From Alphaproteobacteria bacterium (GTDB taxonomy: Bacteria > Pseudomonadota > Alphaproteobacteria > JAEULF01), in contig JAEULF010000114.1 in NCBI GenBank assembly GCA_016793965.1, positions 1-40,331 on the forward strand: 40,331 nucleotides of DNA, read 5' to 3'. Below are positions 7,471 through 17,207 of this stretch, one piece after another (position 1 is the first letter of the stretch; each line of letters starts with the position of its first letter). Made by a program: the position numbers and the translations under genes. The notes beneath the pieces were generated by a model. The model saw nothing but the letters and a program-made list of their open reading frames with translations. It did no database searches and was not told the origin of the DNA.

Positions 7471-9877
7471 GGCTCGCCTTCCCGGCGTCCTGCCCGGCCG
7501 CCGCCATCGCCGCGGCGAAGCCGCGCAGGCGCGCCTCGACGCGCGCGTTGACCGTGCCCTCGGGGAAGCGCCCGTCGGCCTGGCGCGTCCCCGTCGGCAG
7601 CCCGGTCAGCAGCGCGAGGCCTTCGTCGATCGTCGCGACGGCATGGACGCGGAAGCGGCCCGCGCGCGCCGCCGCCACCACGTCGTCGCGCAGCATGAGG
7701 TGGCGGACGTTGGCGCGCGGGATGACGACGCCCTGGCTGCCGGTCAGTCCCTTGGCGCTGCAGGCGTCGAAGAAACCCTCGATCTTCTCGTTGGCGCCGC
7801 CGATCGCCTGCACCTCGCCCTTCTGGTTGACCGAGCCGGTGACGGCGAGGTCCTGGCGCAGCGGCACCTCGGCGATGGCCGAGAGCAGCGCGTAGAGCTC
7901 GGCGGACGACGCGCTGTCGCCGTCGATCATGCCGTAGGACTGCTCGAAGCCGAGGCTGGCGGCGAGCGACAGCGGCTTGTCCGGCAGGTAGGTCGCGCCG
8001 AGATAGCCCGCGAGGATCATCACGCCCTTGGAGTGCGTGGCGCCGCCGAGCTTCGCCGCGCGCTCGATGTCGACCACGGTGCCGCGCCCGGCGCGCACGG
8101 CGGCGGTGATGCGCGAGGGCCGGCCGAAGGCGAAGTCGCCGAGCGCGGTGACTGCGAGGCCGTTGACCTGGCCGATCGTGGACCCCGCGACGTCGATCAG
8201 GATCGTGCCCTGCGCGATCTCGTGGGTGATGCGCTCGTAGATGCGGCTGGCGCGCCGGCGCTTGGCCGCGATCGCCGCGCGCACATGGGCGGCCCCGGTC
8301 GTGCCGGCGCCGTCGCGCGCGCGCAGGTGGTCCGCCTCGGCCAGCAGGTCGCCGAGCCAGCGCAGATCGGCCGAGAGCCGCGTCCCGTCGCCGGCCGCGC
8401 GCGCGGCCTGCTCGACGACCAGCGCCACGGCGGCGCGGTCGAGCGGCTTCAGGGCGAGGGCCCTGACCTGGCGGGCGACGAGGCGGGCATAGAGCGCCGT
8501 GCCCTCGTCGCTGCGCGGCACGTCGTCCTCCAGGTCGGCCTCGACCTTGAACAGGTCGGCGAATTCCGGGTCGAGCTCGCAGAGCAGGTAGTAGAGGATG
8601 CGGTCGCCGACCAGCACGACCTTGACGTCGAGCGGGATCGGCTCGGGGTCGAGCGTGGTGGTGGTGGTCAGGCTGAGCAGCTGCTCGATCGATTCGATGC
8701 GGATCTCGCCCGTGCGCAGCGCGCGCTTCAGCGAATCCCAGGCGAAGCCCGTGGTCAGCACCTTGCGCGCGTCGAGCACGAGGTAGCCGCCGTTGGCGCG
8801 GTGCAGCGCGCCCGGCTTCAGGAGGTTGAAGTCGGTGAAGAGCGTGCCGAAGCGCGCGTAGTGCTCGACGCGGCCGACCAGGTTGTGGTGCGTCGGGTTG
8901 TCCTCCTGCTGCACCGGCGCGCCGTCGCCCGGGGCGCGGCCGACCATGACGTTGACGCGGTAGCGCCTGAGCCCCGGGATCTCGTCGACCGACGGCGGCG
9001 GCCCGGGCTCGTCCTCCTCGCGCTGCTTCAGGAACAGCTCGTCGGCGTGCTCGACGATGTCGTTCTCGACCTCGCCGATATGGCCGGTCACCTGCGGCAG
9101 GTCCTCGTGCGCCCGGCGCAGCCCCTCGGTCAGCGAGGTCACGGTCAGCCGCGTCACCTCGCGGTTGAGCTGGCGCACCTCCTCGGCATGCTCGCGCTGC
9201 CAGTGCGGCACCTGGCGCATGGTCGCCTCCAGCTCCTCCTGGAAGGACTGGAGCAGCTTGTTGATGCGCTCCTGCTCGGCCTCCGGCAGCTTGGCGAAGT
9301 CTTCCGCCTTCATCACCGTGCCCTCGCGCACCGGCGCCAGCGCGAAGCCCATGGGCGTGCGCACCAGGGCGATGCCCTGGGCGCGCGCCTTGCGGTCGAG
9401 CCCGCCGAACGCCGTCTCGTGCCGCTCCTTCAGGTGCTCGTCCACGATCTGCCGGCGGTTGCGGTACTCCTCCGTGGCGAAGCTCGCCGGCAGCACGATG
9501 CGCAGGTCGTCGACCAGGCGCTTGACCGCGTCGCGCAGGCTCGACGCGCGGCCCTGCGGCAGCTGCAGCGCGCGCGGCCGCGAGGGGTCCTTGAAGTTCT
9601 GCACGTAGCACCAGTCTGCCGGCGCTTCCTGGCCGCGCGCGCGCTCCTTCAGCACGTCGAGCACGAGGTCGAGGCGGGCGCTGCCGGGCGTGCCGAGGAC
9701 GAACATGTTGTAGCCCGGCCGCTTCAGGGCGATGCCGAGGTCGAGCGCCGCGACGGCGCGCTCCTGGCCGAGCGGCCGGTCGAGCGGCGCCAGCTCGTCG
9801 GTGCTGGCGAAGCCGAGCCGGTCGGGATCGCAGGCCTTGTAGAGGTCCTCGGGCGAAAGCGCCTGTGCTGGCGGCAT
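7463..9877 (-). CDS. Lon-like S16 protease (LonB/LonC/YcbZ-type AAA protein)
   Basis: LGQERA, GALHRANGGYL, GQVNGLAV; catalytic dyad contexts DGDSASSAEL (Ser) and IGGANEKIEGFF (Lys). Confidence 0.92.
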   Translation of the reverse strand: MPPAQALSPEDLYKACDPDRLGFASTDELAPLDRPLGQERAVAALDLGIALKRPGYNMFVLGTPGSARLDLVLDVLKERARGQEAPADWCYVQNFKDPSRPRALQLPQGRASSLRDAVKRLVDDLRIVLPASFATEEYRNRRQIVDEHLKERHETAFGGLDRKARAQGIALVRTPMGFALAPVREGTVMKAEDFAKLPEAEQERINKLLQSFQEELEATMRQVPHWQREHAEEVRQLNREVTRLTVTSLTEGLRRAHEDLPQVTGHIGEVENDIVEHADELFLKQREEDEPGPPPSVDEIPGLRRYRVNVMVGRAPGDGAPVQQEDNPTHHNLVGRVEHYARFGTLFTDFNLLKPGALHRANGGYLVLDARKVLTTGFAWDSLKRALRTGEIRIESIEQLLSLTTTTTLDPEPIPLDVKVVLVGDRILYYLLCELDPEFADLFKVEADLEDDVPRSDEGTALYARLVARQVRALALKPLDRAAVALVVEQAARAAGDGTRLSADLRWLGDLLAEADHLRARDGAGTTGAAHVRAAIAAKRRRASRIYERITHEIAQGTILIDVAGSTIGQVNGLAVTALGDFAFGRPSRITAAVRAGRGTVVDIERAAKLGGATHSKGVMILAGYLGATYLPDKPLSLAASLGFEQSYGMIDGDSASSAELYALLSAIAEVPLRQDLAVTGSVNQKGEVQAIGGANEKIEGFFDACSAKGLTGSQGVVIPRANVRHLMLRDDVVAAARAGRFRVHAVATIDEGLALLTGLPTGTRQADGRFPEGTVNARVEARLRGFAAAMAAAGQDAGKASHG

Positions 9878-9958
9878 GGCTCCGGCCTGCTCTGGTTGGT
9901 CCAGGCTCGCACGATGGCCGACGCCGGCGGTCTGGTCCTTGATCTGGATCGGGTCGGG

Positions 9959-10270
9959 CTAGCGGGACGGCCGCACAGACGCGTCGCCGAGGAAGAGCCC
10001 GACCAGGAGCGCGAGCGCCAGGTGGGCCAGGGCTTCGTCCCAGCGGTTGAGCGCCGGAGCGGCGATGGGTTCGCGCTTGACCAGCGCGAAGGCCACGGCG
10101 ACGCCGGCCGTCACCAGGAGCATCGCGTGAAGCACGGCCAGCCGTGCCTCGGCCGCGGCCATTGTGGAGAAGAGCAGGGTCGCCGCAGTCATGACCAGGA
10201 AGCGCAGGACGGTGGCGCGGGTCTGGAGAGCGCGCATTTCGGCGGATTCCGTGTCAGGGGCTGGGGGCAT
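9959..10270 (-). CDS. Small hypothetical membrane protein
   Basis: Three hydrophobic segments and LNRWDEA motif; GGAG upstream of the ATG at 10270. Confidence 0.6.
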   Translation of the reverse strand: MPPAPDTESAEMRALQTRATVLRFLVMTAATLLFSTMAAAEARLAVLHAMLLVTAGVAVAFALVKREPIAAPALNRWDEALAHLALALLVGLFLGDASVRPSR

Positions 10271-10451
10271 GGCAGGTCTCCCCGCGCATTTAGAATTCCT
10301 TACCTGTTCCCTCATGAAATAGGGCGCCGGCAACCCGGGATGTAGGGCGTGCATGGACCGCCGGCGCCTTGCCGCGGCCGGCAGGAAAGACTGGTCCGCG
10401 CGCCGGGCGGGAGCTTAGACTCCAACGTCAGCGTGTGCCGAGGAGGAGGCG

Positions 10452-10757
10452 ATGCCCCGTCGCAAGACGCCGCGTGATCCCGAGCAGGCCAGGAAGCTCG
10501 CGATCTATTTTCGCGAGCGCTTCCTGACCCCTGAGGCGCGCGCCGTCGCCGACCGCGAATGGAAGAAGTTCCAGGAGGCGCAGGCCAGGGCTGCGGAGGC
10601 CCAGGTCGTCGCCGAGCAGCGGCCGTTCACCGAGATGCTGTCGCCCAAGGAGCGGGACCTCGTCCCCCAGGACGCGGCCTTCAGCGACGACGAGAAGGCG
10701 CGCGCGGCCAAGGTGCTCGCCGCGATCAGGCAGAAGTACCGCACGACGGTGCATTGA
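10452..10757 (+). CDS. Hypothetical charged, helical protein
   Basis: Strong AGGAGGAGG RBS, host-like codon usage, 101 aa. Confidence 0.65.
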   Translation: MPRRKTPRDPEQARKLAIYFRERFLTPEARAVADREWKKFQEAQARAAEAQVVAEQRPFTEMLSPKERDLVPQDAAFSDDEKARAAKVLAAIRQKYRTTVH

Positions 10758-10785
10758 GCGGCAGCGCGAGCGACAGGGGCGCGGG

Positions 10786-12147
10786 CTATTCCGCGGCGCT
10801 GCCGCGGGCGAGGCGGGCGACGCGGGCGCCGAAGGCGGCGTCGAACAGCGGCCGCAGCTCGGCCATCACCGAATCCAGGACGCGCGTCTTGGAGCTGGCA
10901 TAGGCCTCGGCAGCCCGGCCGATCGCCATGCGCAGCGCCGGATCCGCGAGAAGCGGCGCCAGGCTGTCGGCCAGGGCGTCGGCGCCCGCGATCCGCCGGC
11001 TGCCTCCCGCCGCGGCAAGCTCTGTCGCGATCTGGGCGAAGTTCGTCATGTGCGGGCCGTGCAGCACGGCGCAGCCGAGCCGGGCCGGCTCGAGCGGGTT
11101 CTGGCCGCCTTTCGGCACCAGCGATCCGCCCATCAGGACCAGGCCGGCCGCGCGGAACCAGGCGCCGAGCTCGCCGAGCCCGTCGGCGACATAGACATCG
11201 ACCTGCGGCCCGACCGGCTCGCGCGCCGAGCGGAGCGCGACGCCGAGGCCCTGGGCGCGCAAAGCTGCGGCGACCGCCGGGCCGCGCTCGGGGTGGCGCG
11301 GCACGATGACGGTCAGCAATCCCGGTCGTCCCGCCTTCAGGCGCGCATGCGCGGCCCCGCACAGCTCCTCTTCGCCGGGATGCGTGCTGGCGGCGAGCCA
11401 GCGCGGCCTGTCGCCGATCGCGGCACGGACCTCGGCGAGCAAGGCGGGCTCGGCGGGCAGGGGCGCCGCGGCGAATTTGAGGTTCCCGGCGCAATGGGCA
11501 TGCGCCGCGCCGACCGCGCGCAGCCGCGCCTCGTCTTCAGGCGCCTGCGCCAGGCAGACGGCGAAATGCTGCAGCAGCCAGCGCGCGATCCCCGGGACGG
11601 CGCGCCAGTGGCGCAGGCTGCGGGCAGACATGCGCCCGTTGACCAGGCCCATCGGCACGCCCTGGGCGCCCGTTTCGACGATCAGGTTGGGCCACAGCTC
11701 GGATTCGACCCAAAGCGCCACGCTCGGGCGCCAATGCGCGATGAAGCGCGCCACGGCCGGCCGCAGGTCAACCGGCGCGAACTGGTGCTGGCAGCCCGCC
11801 GGGAGCCGCTCGGCCATCAGCCGGGCGGAGGTGACGGTCACCGTGGTCACCAGCACATGAGCGTCGGGCCATTCCGCGCGGATGCGGCCGATCAGAGGCA
11901 AGATCGACAGCGATTCCCCGACCGAGGAGGCATGCAGCCAGACCAGCGGGCCCTCGGGGCGCGGCGTTCCCGCCACGCCGAACCGCTCGCCGAGGCGTTG
12001 CGGGTCTTCCTTGCCGCGCTGGGCGCGCGACGCCAGGTGACGGCGCACGAGGGGCGCGCTCAGCCTGCCGAGCGCGCGATAGGCGACCAGCGCTGCGCCG
12101 GTGATGCCGGCCGGTGAAGGGGGAGGCGCAGCGGGGGGCGCGACCAA
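10786..12147 (-). CDS. waaA: 3-deoxy-D-manno-octulosonic acid (Kdo) transferase
   Basis: VWLHASSVGE, ESELWPNL, NGRMS, GNLKF, AASTHPGEE, IVPRHPERG, GGQNPLEPA. Start codon (TTG) is uncertain. Confidence 0.95.
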   Translation of the reverse strand: MVAPPAAPPPSPAGITGAALVAYRALGRLSAPLVRRHLASRAQRGKEDPQRLGERFGVAGTPRPEGPLVWLHASSVGESLSILPLIGRIRAEWPDAHVLVTTVTVTSARLMAERLPAGCQHQFAPVDLRPAVARFIAHWRPSVALWVESELWPNLIVETGAQGVPMGLVNGRMSARSLRHWRAVPGIARWLLQHFAVCLAQAPEDEARLRAVGAAHAHCAGNLKFAAAPLPAEPALLAEVRAAIGDRPRWLAASTHPGEEELCGAAHARLKAGRPGLLTVIVPRHPERGPAVAAALRAQGLGVALRSAREPVGPQVDVYVADGLGELGAWFRAAGLVLMGGSLVPKGGQNPLEPARLGCAVLHGPHMTNFAQIATELAAAGGSRRIAGADALADSLAPLLADPALRMAIGRAAEAYASSKTRVLDSVMAELRPLFDAAFGARVARLARGSAAE

Positions 12148-12341
12148 GCGATGGCTTCCGGAAATGCACTTGTGCGGCGCAATATACCCGCGGCCTGCGG
12201 CGGTCCGATAGTGAAGAAGAGCACAGCAACGGCGCCAGGGCCGGTTCGCGCGGCACAGCGCATGGCTCGGTGCATGGCCAAGCGCATGATTGCCGCGGTA
12301 TGGGTCTGGCGAGCAAAGGTGCCAGGCATTAGCTTTCCGCG

Positions 12342-13118
12342 ATGGTCGATACCCTGCTCGCCATCCTCGTCCCGCCGGAGCTGGCGCCCTGGTCCGCGGC
12401 CCTCCTCGTGGCCTTGAGCTTCTTCACCTCGGCGCTGACCGGCGCGCTCGGGCTCGGCGGCGGCCTCCTGATGCTGGCTGTGATGGCGCAGCTCCTGGCG
12501 CCCGCCGTGCTGATCCCCGTGCATGCCGTCGTCCAGGTCGGCTCGAATGCCGGCCGCGCCACGCTGATGCGCAAGGACGTCGCGCGCCACTTGCTCTGGC
12601 CGTTCATCGTCGGCTCGGCAGTCGGCGTCGCTTTGGGCGCCCAGGTCGTCGTCGCCCTGCCGAAGCCGCTCTTGGAGCTGGTGCTCGGCCTCTTCGTGCT
12701 GTGGTCGGCCTGGACGCCCAAGCTCAGGCCCGCCCGCTTGCCCCCGCGCTGGTTCGCGGCCGTCGGCGCGGTGTCGAGCTTCTGCACCATGTTCGTCGGC
12801 GCCACGGGCCCGCTGGTCGCGGCCTTCCTGGTGCCCGATCCCCTGACCCGCCACCAGGTCGTCGCCACCCACGCCGCCTTCATGATGGCGCAGCACGCGC
12901 TGAAGATCGGCGCGTTCACCGCGCTGGGCTTCGGCTTCCTGCCCTGGTTGCCGCTGCTCCTGCTGATGATCGCGCTGGGCTTTCTCGGCACCATGGTCGG
13001 CAAGCGCTTCCTCGACCGCCTGCCCGAGCGGAGCTTCGCCATCGCCTTCAAGTTCACGCTCTCAGTTCTCGCGATCAAGCTGGCGGCAGACGGCGCCTGG
13101 GCGATCGCGGCGGGGTGA
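12342..13118 (+). CDS. TauE/SafE (sulfite exporter family) membrane protein
   Basis: GLGGGLL, IPVHAVVQVGSN and VGATGPL motifs; about 8 TM segments. Confidence 0.85.
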   Translation: MVDTLLAILVPPELAPWSAALLVALSFFTSALTGALGLGGGLLMLAVMAQLLAPAVLIPVHAVVQVGSNAGRATLMRKDVARHLLWPFIVGSAVGVALGAQVVVALPKPLLELVLGLFVLWSAWTPKLRPARLPPRWFAAVGAVSSFCTMFVGATGPLVAAFLVPDPLTRHQVVATHAAFMMAQHALKIGAFTALGFGFLPWLPLLLLMIALGFLGTMVGKRFLDRLPERSFAIAFKFTLSVLAIKLAADGAWAIAAG

Positions 13119-13200
13119 GCGGGGGCCGCGTCCCCATTGGCGGCGCGCGCCGGGCTTGCTATGCGTGCGCGTCCGTCCCCGCCGCGACAGAGGTCTGCGC

Positions 13201-13653
13201 ATGCTGCTGGTGCCGAACGAGCTTCGCTACTCGCCGATCCAGGGCTGCGGCGTCTACGCCAAGGCGCCGATCAAGAAGGGCACGCTGATCTGGAAAGTCG
13301 ACCCGACCTTCGACAAGATCATCGACACCAACCAGGCCTTCCCGACCGAGGTGACGCGCTTCCTCCTCGTCTACGGCGTCGCCTACCGGCATGCCGACGA
13401 CGAGGATTTCATCTACGTCGACACCGACAACGCGCGCTTCATGAACCACGGCGACCCGTGCAACGTGCTGCCGGGCGAGGTCATCGGCGAGGGCATCGCG
13501 GTGCGCGACATCGCGGCCGGCGAGGAGCTGACGGTGGACTACCGCACCTTCGGCGCCTCGGTCGATTGGGAGGTGCTGCACGGCTTCCCGATCGAGGGCT
13601 ATCCGACCTTCAAGGCGCTGCTCCAGGCGTTGAAGAAGAAGCTGCGCGCCTGA
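13201..13653 (+). CDS. Bacterial SET-domain protein (putative lysine methyltransferase)
   Basis: SPIQGCGVYAKAPIKKG, ARFMNH and AVRDIAAGEELTVDY match SET motifs. Confidence 0.85.
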   Translation: MLLVPNELRYSPIQGCGVYAKAPIKKGTLIWKVDPTFDKIIDTNQAFPTEVTRFLLVYGVAYRHADDEDFIYVDTDNARFMNHGDPCNVLPGEVIGEGIAVRDIAAGEELTVDYRTFGASVDWEVLHGFPIEGYPTFKALLQALKKKLRA

Positions 13654-13728
13654 GCGCCTCCTCGAACGTCGCGCCGGGGCCACGGCCAATCCCTGGACAT
13701 GGCCGGCAAGGCGGGCCATCTCAGAGGG

Positions 13729-14484
13729 ATGAGCAAGGATCGCGGCACCCTGGTGCATGAGTCCGGCGCCACGCCGCCCGAGGCGGTCGGGCGCAGCGCG
13801 GATGTCGCGCGCTTCGTCGAGGCCTTGCGCGCCACGCCCCGTGCCGGGAGCGGGCGCGGCCGGCTGATCTTCGCCCTCGACGCCACGGCGAGCCGCGAGC
13901 CGACCTGGGACCGTGCCTGCCACATCCAGGCCGAGATGTTCGAAGCGGCGGCCTCTGCCGGCAGCGCCGCCGGCGGGGCAGGCGGGGCGCTGGAGATCCA
14001 GCTCGTCTTCTATCGCGGTTTCGGCGAGTGCAAGGCTGCGGCTTGGGCCAGCGACCCGGCGACGTTGCTGCGCCAGATGCAAAGCGTGCGCTGCCTGCCC
14101 GGCCAGACGCAGCTCGTGCGCGTGCTCGACCACGCGCGCAAGGAGGCCGCGGCGCGCAAGGTCGATGCGCTCGTCTTCGTCGGCGACATGATGGAGGAGG
14201 ACATCGACGCGCTCGGCCAGGCGGCCGGCGGGCTCGGCCTCGCCGGCGTGCCGTGCTTCATCTTCCACGAGGGCGGCGACCCCGTGGCGCGCCGCGCCTT
14301 CCAGCACGTGGCGCGCCTGACGCGGGGCGCCTGCGTGCCCTTCGACTCGTCCAGCGCCGACCAGCTGCGCGAGCTGCTCAAGGCGGTCGCGGTCTATGCC
14401 GCCGGCGGCTACAAGGCGCTGCAGCGCCACGCCGCCGCGGGATCCGGCCCAGCGGCGCTTCTGACGCACGCGCTGAAGCGTTGA
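13729..14484 (+). CDS. VWA-domain protein
   Basis: GRLIFALDATASRE (MIDAS-like), LVFVGD, CFIFHEG. Confidence 0.85.
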   Translation: MSKDRGTLVHESGATPPEAVGRSADVARFVEALRATPRAGSGRGRLIFALDATASREPTWDRACHIQAEMFEAAASAGSAAGGAGGALEIQLVFYRGFGECKAAAWASDPATLLRQMQSVRCLPGQTQLVRVLDHARKEAAARKVDALVFVGDMMEEDIDALGQAAGGLGLAGVPCFIFHEGGDPVARRAFQHVARLTRGACVPFDSSSADQLRELLKAVAVYAAGGYKALQRHAAAGSGPAALLTHALKR

Positions 14485-14491
14485 GACCGCC

Positions 14492-15247
14492 ATGCAGTGG
14501 CTCCTCCTGGGCATCGTCCTCCTCGTCGTCGTGCTCTGGCTGTCGGGCCGCTTTGCCGGTGCCGACCCGGCGGCGCTCGCGCGCCGGCTGCGCTCCATGC
14601 CCTGGCAAGTCGTCGCGCTCGGCGCTGGCGCGATCGTCGGCCTCGTTCTGCTGCTGACCGGCCGGATCAGCCTGCTGCTGACGCTGGTTGCGGTCGGGTT
14701 GCCGTTCTTCGTGCGATGGGGGCAGCTCTGGAACCGCATCAAGGCTGCGACCGGGCCGACATCGGGCGGGCGCTCCGAGGTCGTGACGCGCACGCTGAAG
14801 GTGGCGCTCGATCATGACACAGGCGCCGTTTCCGGCACCGTGCGCGCCGGTCGCTACGAGGGCCGCGCGCTCGGAAGCCTGGCGCTCGACGAGCTGCTCG
14901 ACCTCCTGGAGACCTGCCGTGCCGACGACCCGGACTCGGCGGCGCTGGTCGAGGCCTATCTCGACCGCGAGCACGGCCCGGATTGGCGCGGCGGCCCAGG
15001 CGGCGGCCCAGGCGGCGGCCAGGGAAGCGGAGCGGGCAGCGGCCCTGTGCCGCCCGGACGCGGGGGCGACATGAGCGTCGCCGAGGCGTTGCGCGTGCTC
15101 GGCCTCGACGAGCAGGCGGATGCAGAGGCGATCAAGGCCGCGCATCGACGCATCCTTCAGCGCGTGCACCCCGACCGCGGCGGCTCGGCCGCTCTCGCTG
15201 CCCAGGCCAACCGGGCGCGCGATGTTCTCCTCAGGCGCGAGCGCTGA
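14492..15247 (+). CDS. Membrane-anchored protein with C-terminal DnaJ (J) domain
   Basis: N-terminal TM segments, Gly-rich linker, then EALRVLGL...IKAAHRRILQRVHPDRGGS with the HPD motif. Confidence 0.88.
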   Translation: MQWLLLGIVLLVVVLWLSGRFAGADPAALARRLRSMPWQVVALGAGAIVGLVLLLTGRISLLLTLVAVGLPFFVRWGQLWNRIKAATGPTSGGRSEVVTRTLKVALDHDTGAVSGTVRAGRYEGRALGSLALDELLDLLETCRADDPDSAALVEAYLDREHGPDWRGGPGGGPGGGQGSGAGSGPVPPGRGGDMSVAEALRVLGLDEQADAEAIKAAHRRILQRVHPDRGGSAALAAQANRARDVLLRRER

Positions 15248-15326
15248 CGGGTCGCGCGCCACCTTCCGGTGTCGCGCCGCGCGCGGAACTACCTTATGGT
15301 CGCGCCGGCATGAGGAGCCTGCGGGC

Positions 15327-15854
15327 ATGGTGCTGCCGATCCGGGCCGAGGAACGGGCGATCGAGAGCCTCGGCGATGAGACCCTTCGTCCGCTGCTGCA
15401 GGCCTGGCGAGCGCTCAAGGGCGAGCGGCCCTGGCTGGATCGCGCGTCGCTTCTGCCGGAGCGGCTGCCCGCAGCTGCCTTGCCGCACATGGCTCTGCTC
15501 GAGCGCGTGCCGCCGGACGCGGAGCATGCGGACACGGCGGATTTCCGCATTCGCATCGTCGGGGACGAGATCGAGAACCGCCGGCTCGGCTACGTGCGCG
15601 GCGCCCTGGTGAGCGGCATCCGGCCGGATTGGTACGCGCAGCACTTGCTGGACGGCTACAGGCAGTCCTGCCGCGAGGCGCGGCCGCTCTACCAGCGCGT
15701 CACCGCGATCCATCCGGAGGAGGACATGCACTACGAGCGCCTTCTCCTGCCGATGAGCGCGCGCGGCGCTGCGGCAGACATGCTGCTCGTCGCGTCCGTG
15801 CGGTCGCGCGCGCTCGTCCGCTTCATGACGTACGAGGAGAAGGACGAGAGCTGA
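15327..15854 (+). CDS. Stand-alone PAS-domain (PAS_5-like) protein
   Basis: LLQAWRALKGER...LPHMALLE...DFRIRIVG...YERLLLPM pattern; GAGGAG upstream. Confidence 0.7.
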   Translation: MVLPIRAEERAIESLGDETLRPLLQAWRALKGERPWLDRASLLPERLPAAALPHMALLERVPPDAEHADTADFRIRIVGDEIENRRLGYVRGALVSGIRPDWYAQHLLDGYRQSCREARPLYQRVTAIHPEEDMHYERLLLPMSARGAAADMLLVASVRSRALVRFMTYEEKDES

Positions 15855-15878
15855 AGCCGGCGAGCGGGCTGCGTCCGC

Positions 15879-16208
15879 TCAGGCGCGCTCCAGTCGGCCT
15901 GCGACCGCCTCCATCCGCGTCGCCGTCGCCTCGAGGCTGGTCGCGAACGTCTCGATCAACGTCGCCGTCGCGGCTTCCACCTCGGCAGTCTTCGATCCGT
16001 GCCGGCGCTGCAGGTCGGCAACCTCGTCGGCCAGCTTCAAGGCGACCATGACGAGCAGGCGCAGCTCGCCGACGTCGCCGACGGCGCCCTTGAGCCCTTG
16101 CAGCTCCGCCTCGATCCGCTCGCCCAGCGCGATGAAGTGCGCCTCCTCGCCGTCGGCGCAGCCGATGCGGTAGGTCTTGCCATTGATGGTGAGGGTGACG
16201 TTGGCCAC
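15879..16208 (-). CDS. zapA: Cell division protein ZapA
   Basis: GTG start; ANVTLTINGKTYRIGCADGEEAH...VGELRLLVMVALKLADE matches alphaproteobacterial ZapA. Confidence 0.88.
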   Translation of the reverse strand: MANVTLTINGKTYRIGCADGEEAHFIALGERIEAELQGLKGAVGDVGELRLLVMVALKLADEVADLQRRHGSKTAEVEAATATLIETFATSLEATATRMEAVAGRLERA

Positions 16209-16218
16209 GGTGCCGCCC

Positions 16219-16692
16219 TCAGCCGCCGGCGCGCGCGGGCGGCGCGCCGCTGTGCTCGCCAGGAGCCTCTGCGTCTCCTGCGCCGTCCTGCAGCGCCCCG
16301 TCGTCGTCTCCTGCGTCGTCGTCGCCTGCGTCGCCCTCGGGCAAGGGCTCCGGATCGGCCAGCGCCTCGTGCGCGCGCAGCAGCGCCTCGTCCAGCCGGT
16401 CCGCTGCCTGGCGCACGAGCGTCTTGAGCGAGTCCCGCTCTGACTGGACCACGCGCAACGCTTCCGCCAGGTGACGCCTGTCCGTCTCGACCGCTGATTT
16501 CCGCGCGAGGATGCCGACGGCCGCCGTCTCCAGCCGCGCCAGCGCGACGTCGAGGCGCATGCGCGCGTGCTCCAGGGCCCGCTCGGGCGACACGCGCGGC
16601 GCGCTAGCGCCGGCGGCGCCTGCCACGGCACCAGGGGGCGATCCCGCGGCATCGGCAGGTGCGAGCAGCGTCTGCGTCTCCTTGCGCGTCAC
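16219..16692 (-). CDS. Coiled-coil protein upstream of zapA (DUF4164-like position) with acidic tail
   Basis: ALEHARMRLDVALARLETA coiled coil; ends 10 nt before zapA; GAGGTGG upstream of the GTG. Confidence 0.65.
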   Translation of the reverse strand: MTRKETQTLLAPADAAGSPPGAVAGAAGASAPRVSPERALEHARMRLDVALARLETAAVGILARKSAVETDRRHLAEALRVVQSERDSLKTLVRQAADRLDEALLRAHEALADPEPLPEGDAGDDDAGDDDGALQDGAGDAEAPGEHSGAPPARAGG

Positions 16693-16716
16693 CGAGCAGA
16701 CCCACCTCGTGCGGCG

Positions 16717-16783
16717 GCGGCGCCGACAGCAGCGCCGCTGCCGCGACCAGAGGGGGCGCGCGGCAATGGGGTCAATCAGGGGG
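16717..16783. repeat. 67-bp direct repeat, left copy; contains the putative minus-strand promoter of the zapA operon
   Basis: 62/67 identical to 28701-28767. Minus strand reads TTGACC-N18-TCTGGT. Confidence 0.9.
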
Positions 16784-16902
16784 GGAAGGCGCCGGTCCGG
16801 CGCGAGGCCTGGGAGCTCGCCGCGGCTCGCCGCGGCTGCTCGGCCGGCGCAGGCTGGCGCCGCGTCCGCGGCGCCAGCCTGGCGCGCTCGTCGCGCGGAT
16901 CG

Positions 16903-17109
16903 TCAGCGGACGAGGTCGAGGATGCGCTGGTACATCGGCATGTCGGCATGCCCTGCTGCATAGAGCAGCACGCGGCCGAGCACGATGGCGGCCACCGCCA
17001 GCGCGCTTGCCGACGCGATCAGCACCGCCTTCAGCACCGGCCGGAGAGCCGCCACGGCCTCCGGCTGGAGCGCGTTGAAGCCGACGTGACGCAGTGTCAG
17101 GGCGAACAT
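16903..17109 (-). CDS. Small hypothetical single-TM protein divergent from kdp
   Basis: 68 aa with hydrophobic VLIASASALAVAAIVLG; GGAG upstream. Confidence 0.5.
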   Translation of the reverse strand: MFALTLRHVGFNALQPEAVAALRPVLKAVLIASASALAVAAIVLGRVLLYAAGHADMPMYQRILDLVR

Positions 17110-17207
17110 CGGAAGGTACTCCGGAACGTTGTGCCGCCCCGATCGGGCGGTACGCTGAAGGTCGTGCCGGGCGCATCAATCTTCGATGGGATTCGGCGCC
17201 TCCGTTG

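Noticed and set aside
6737-10345. 1202-aa plus-strand ORF
   Set aside because: Antisense shadow of the Lon-like and neighbouring genes; no motifs, and such shadows are typical of high-GC sequence.
15855-15878. 6S RNA, often found downstream of zapA
   Set aside because: Only 24 nt separate zapA from the convergent PAS gene.
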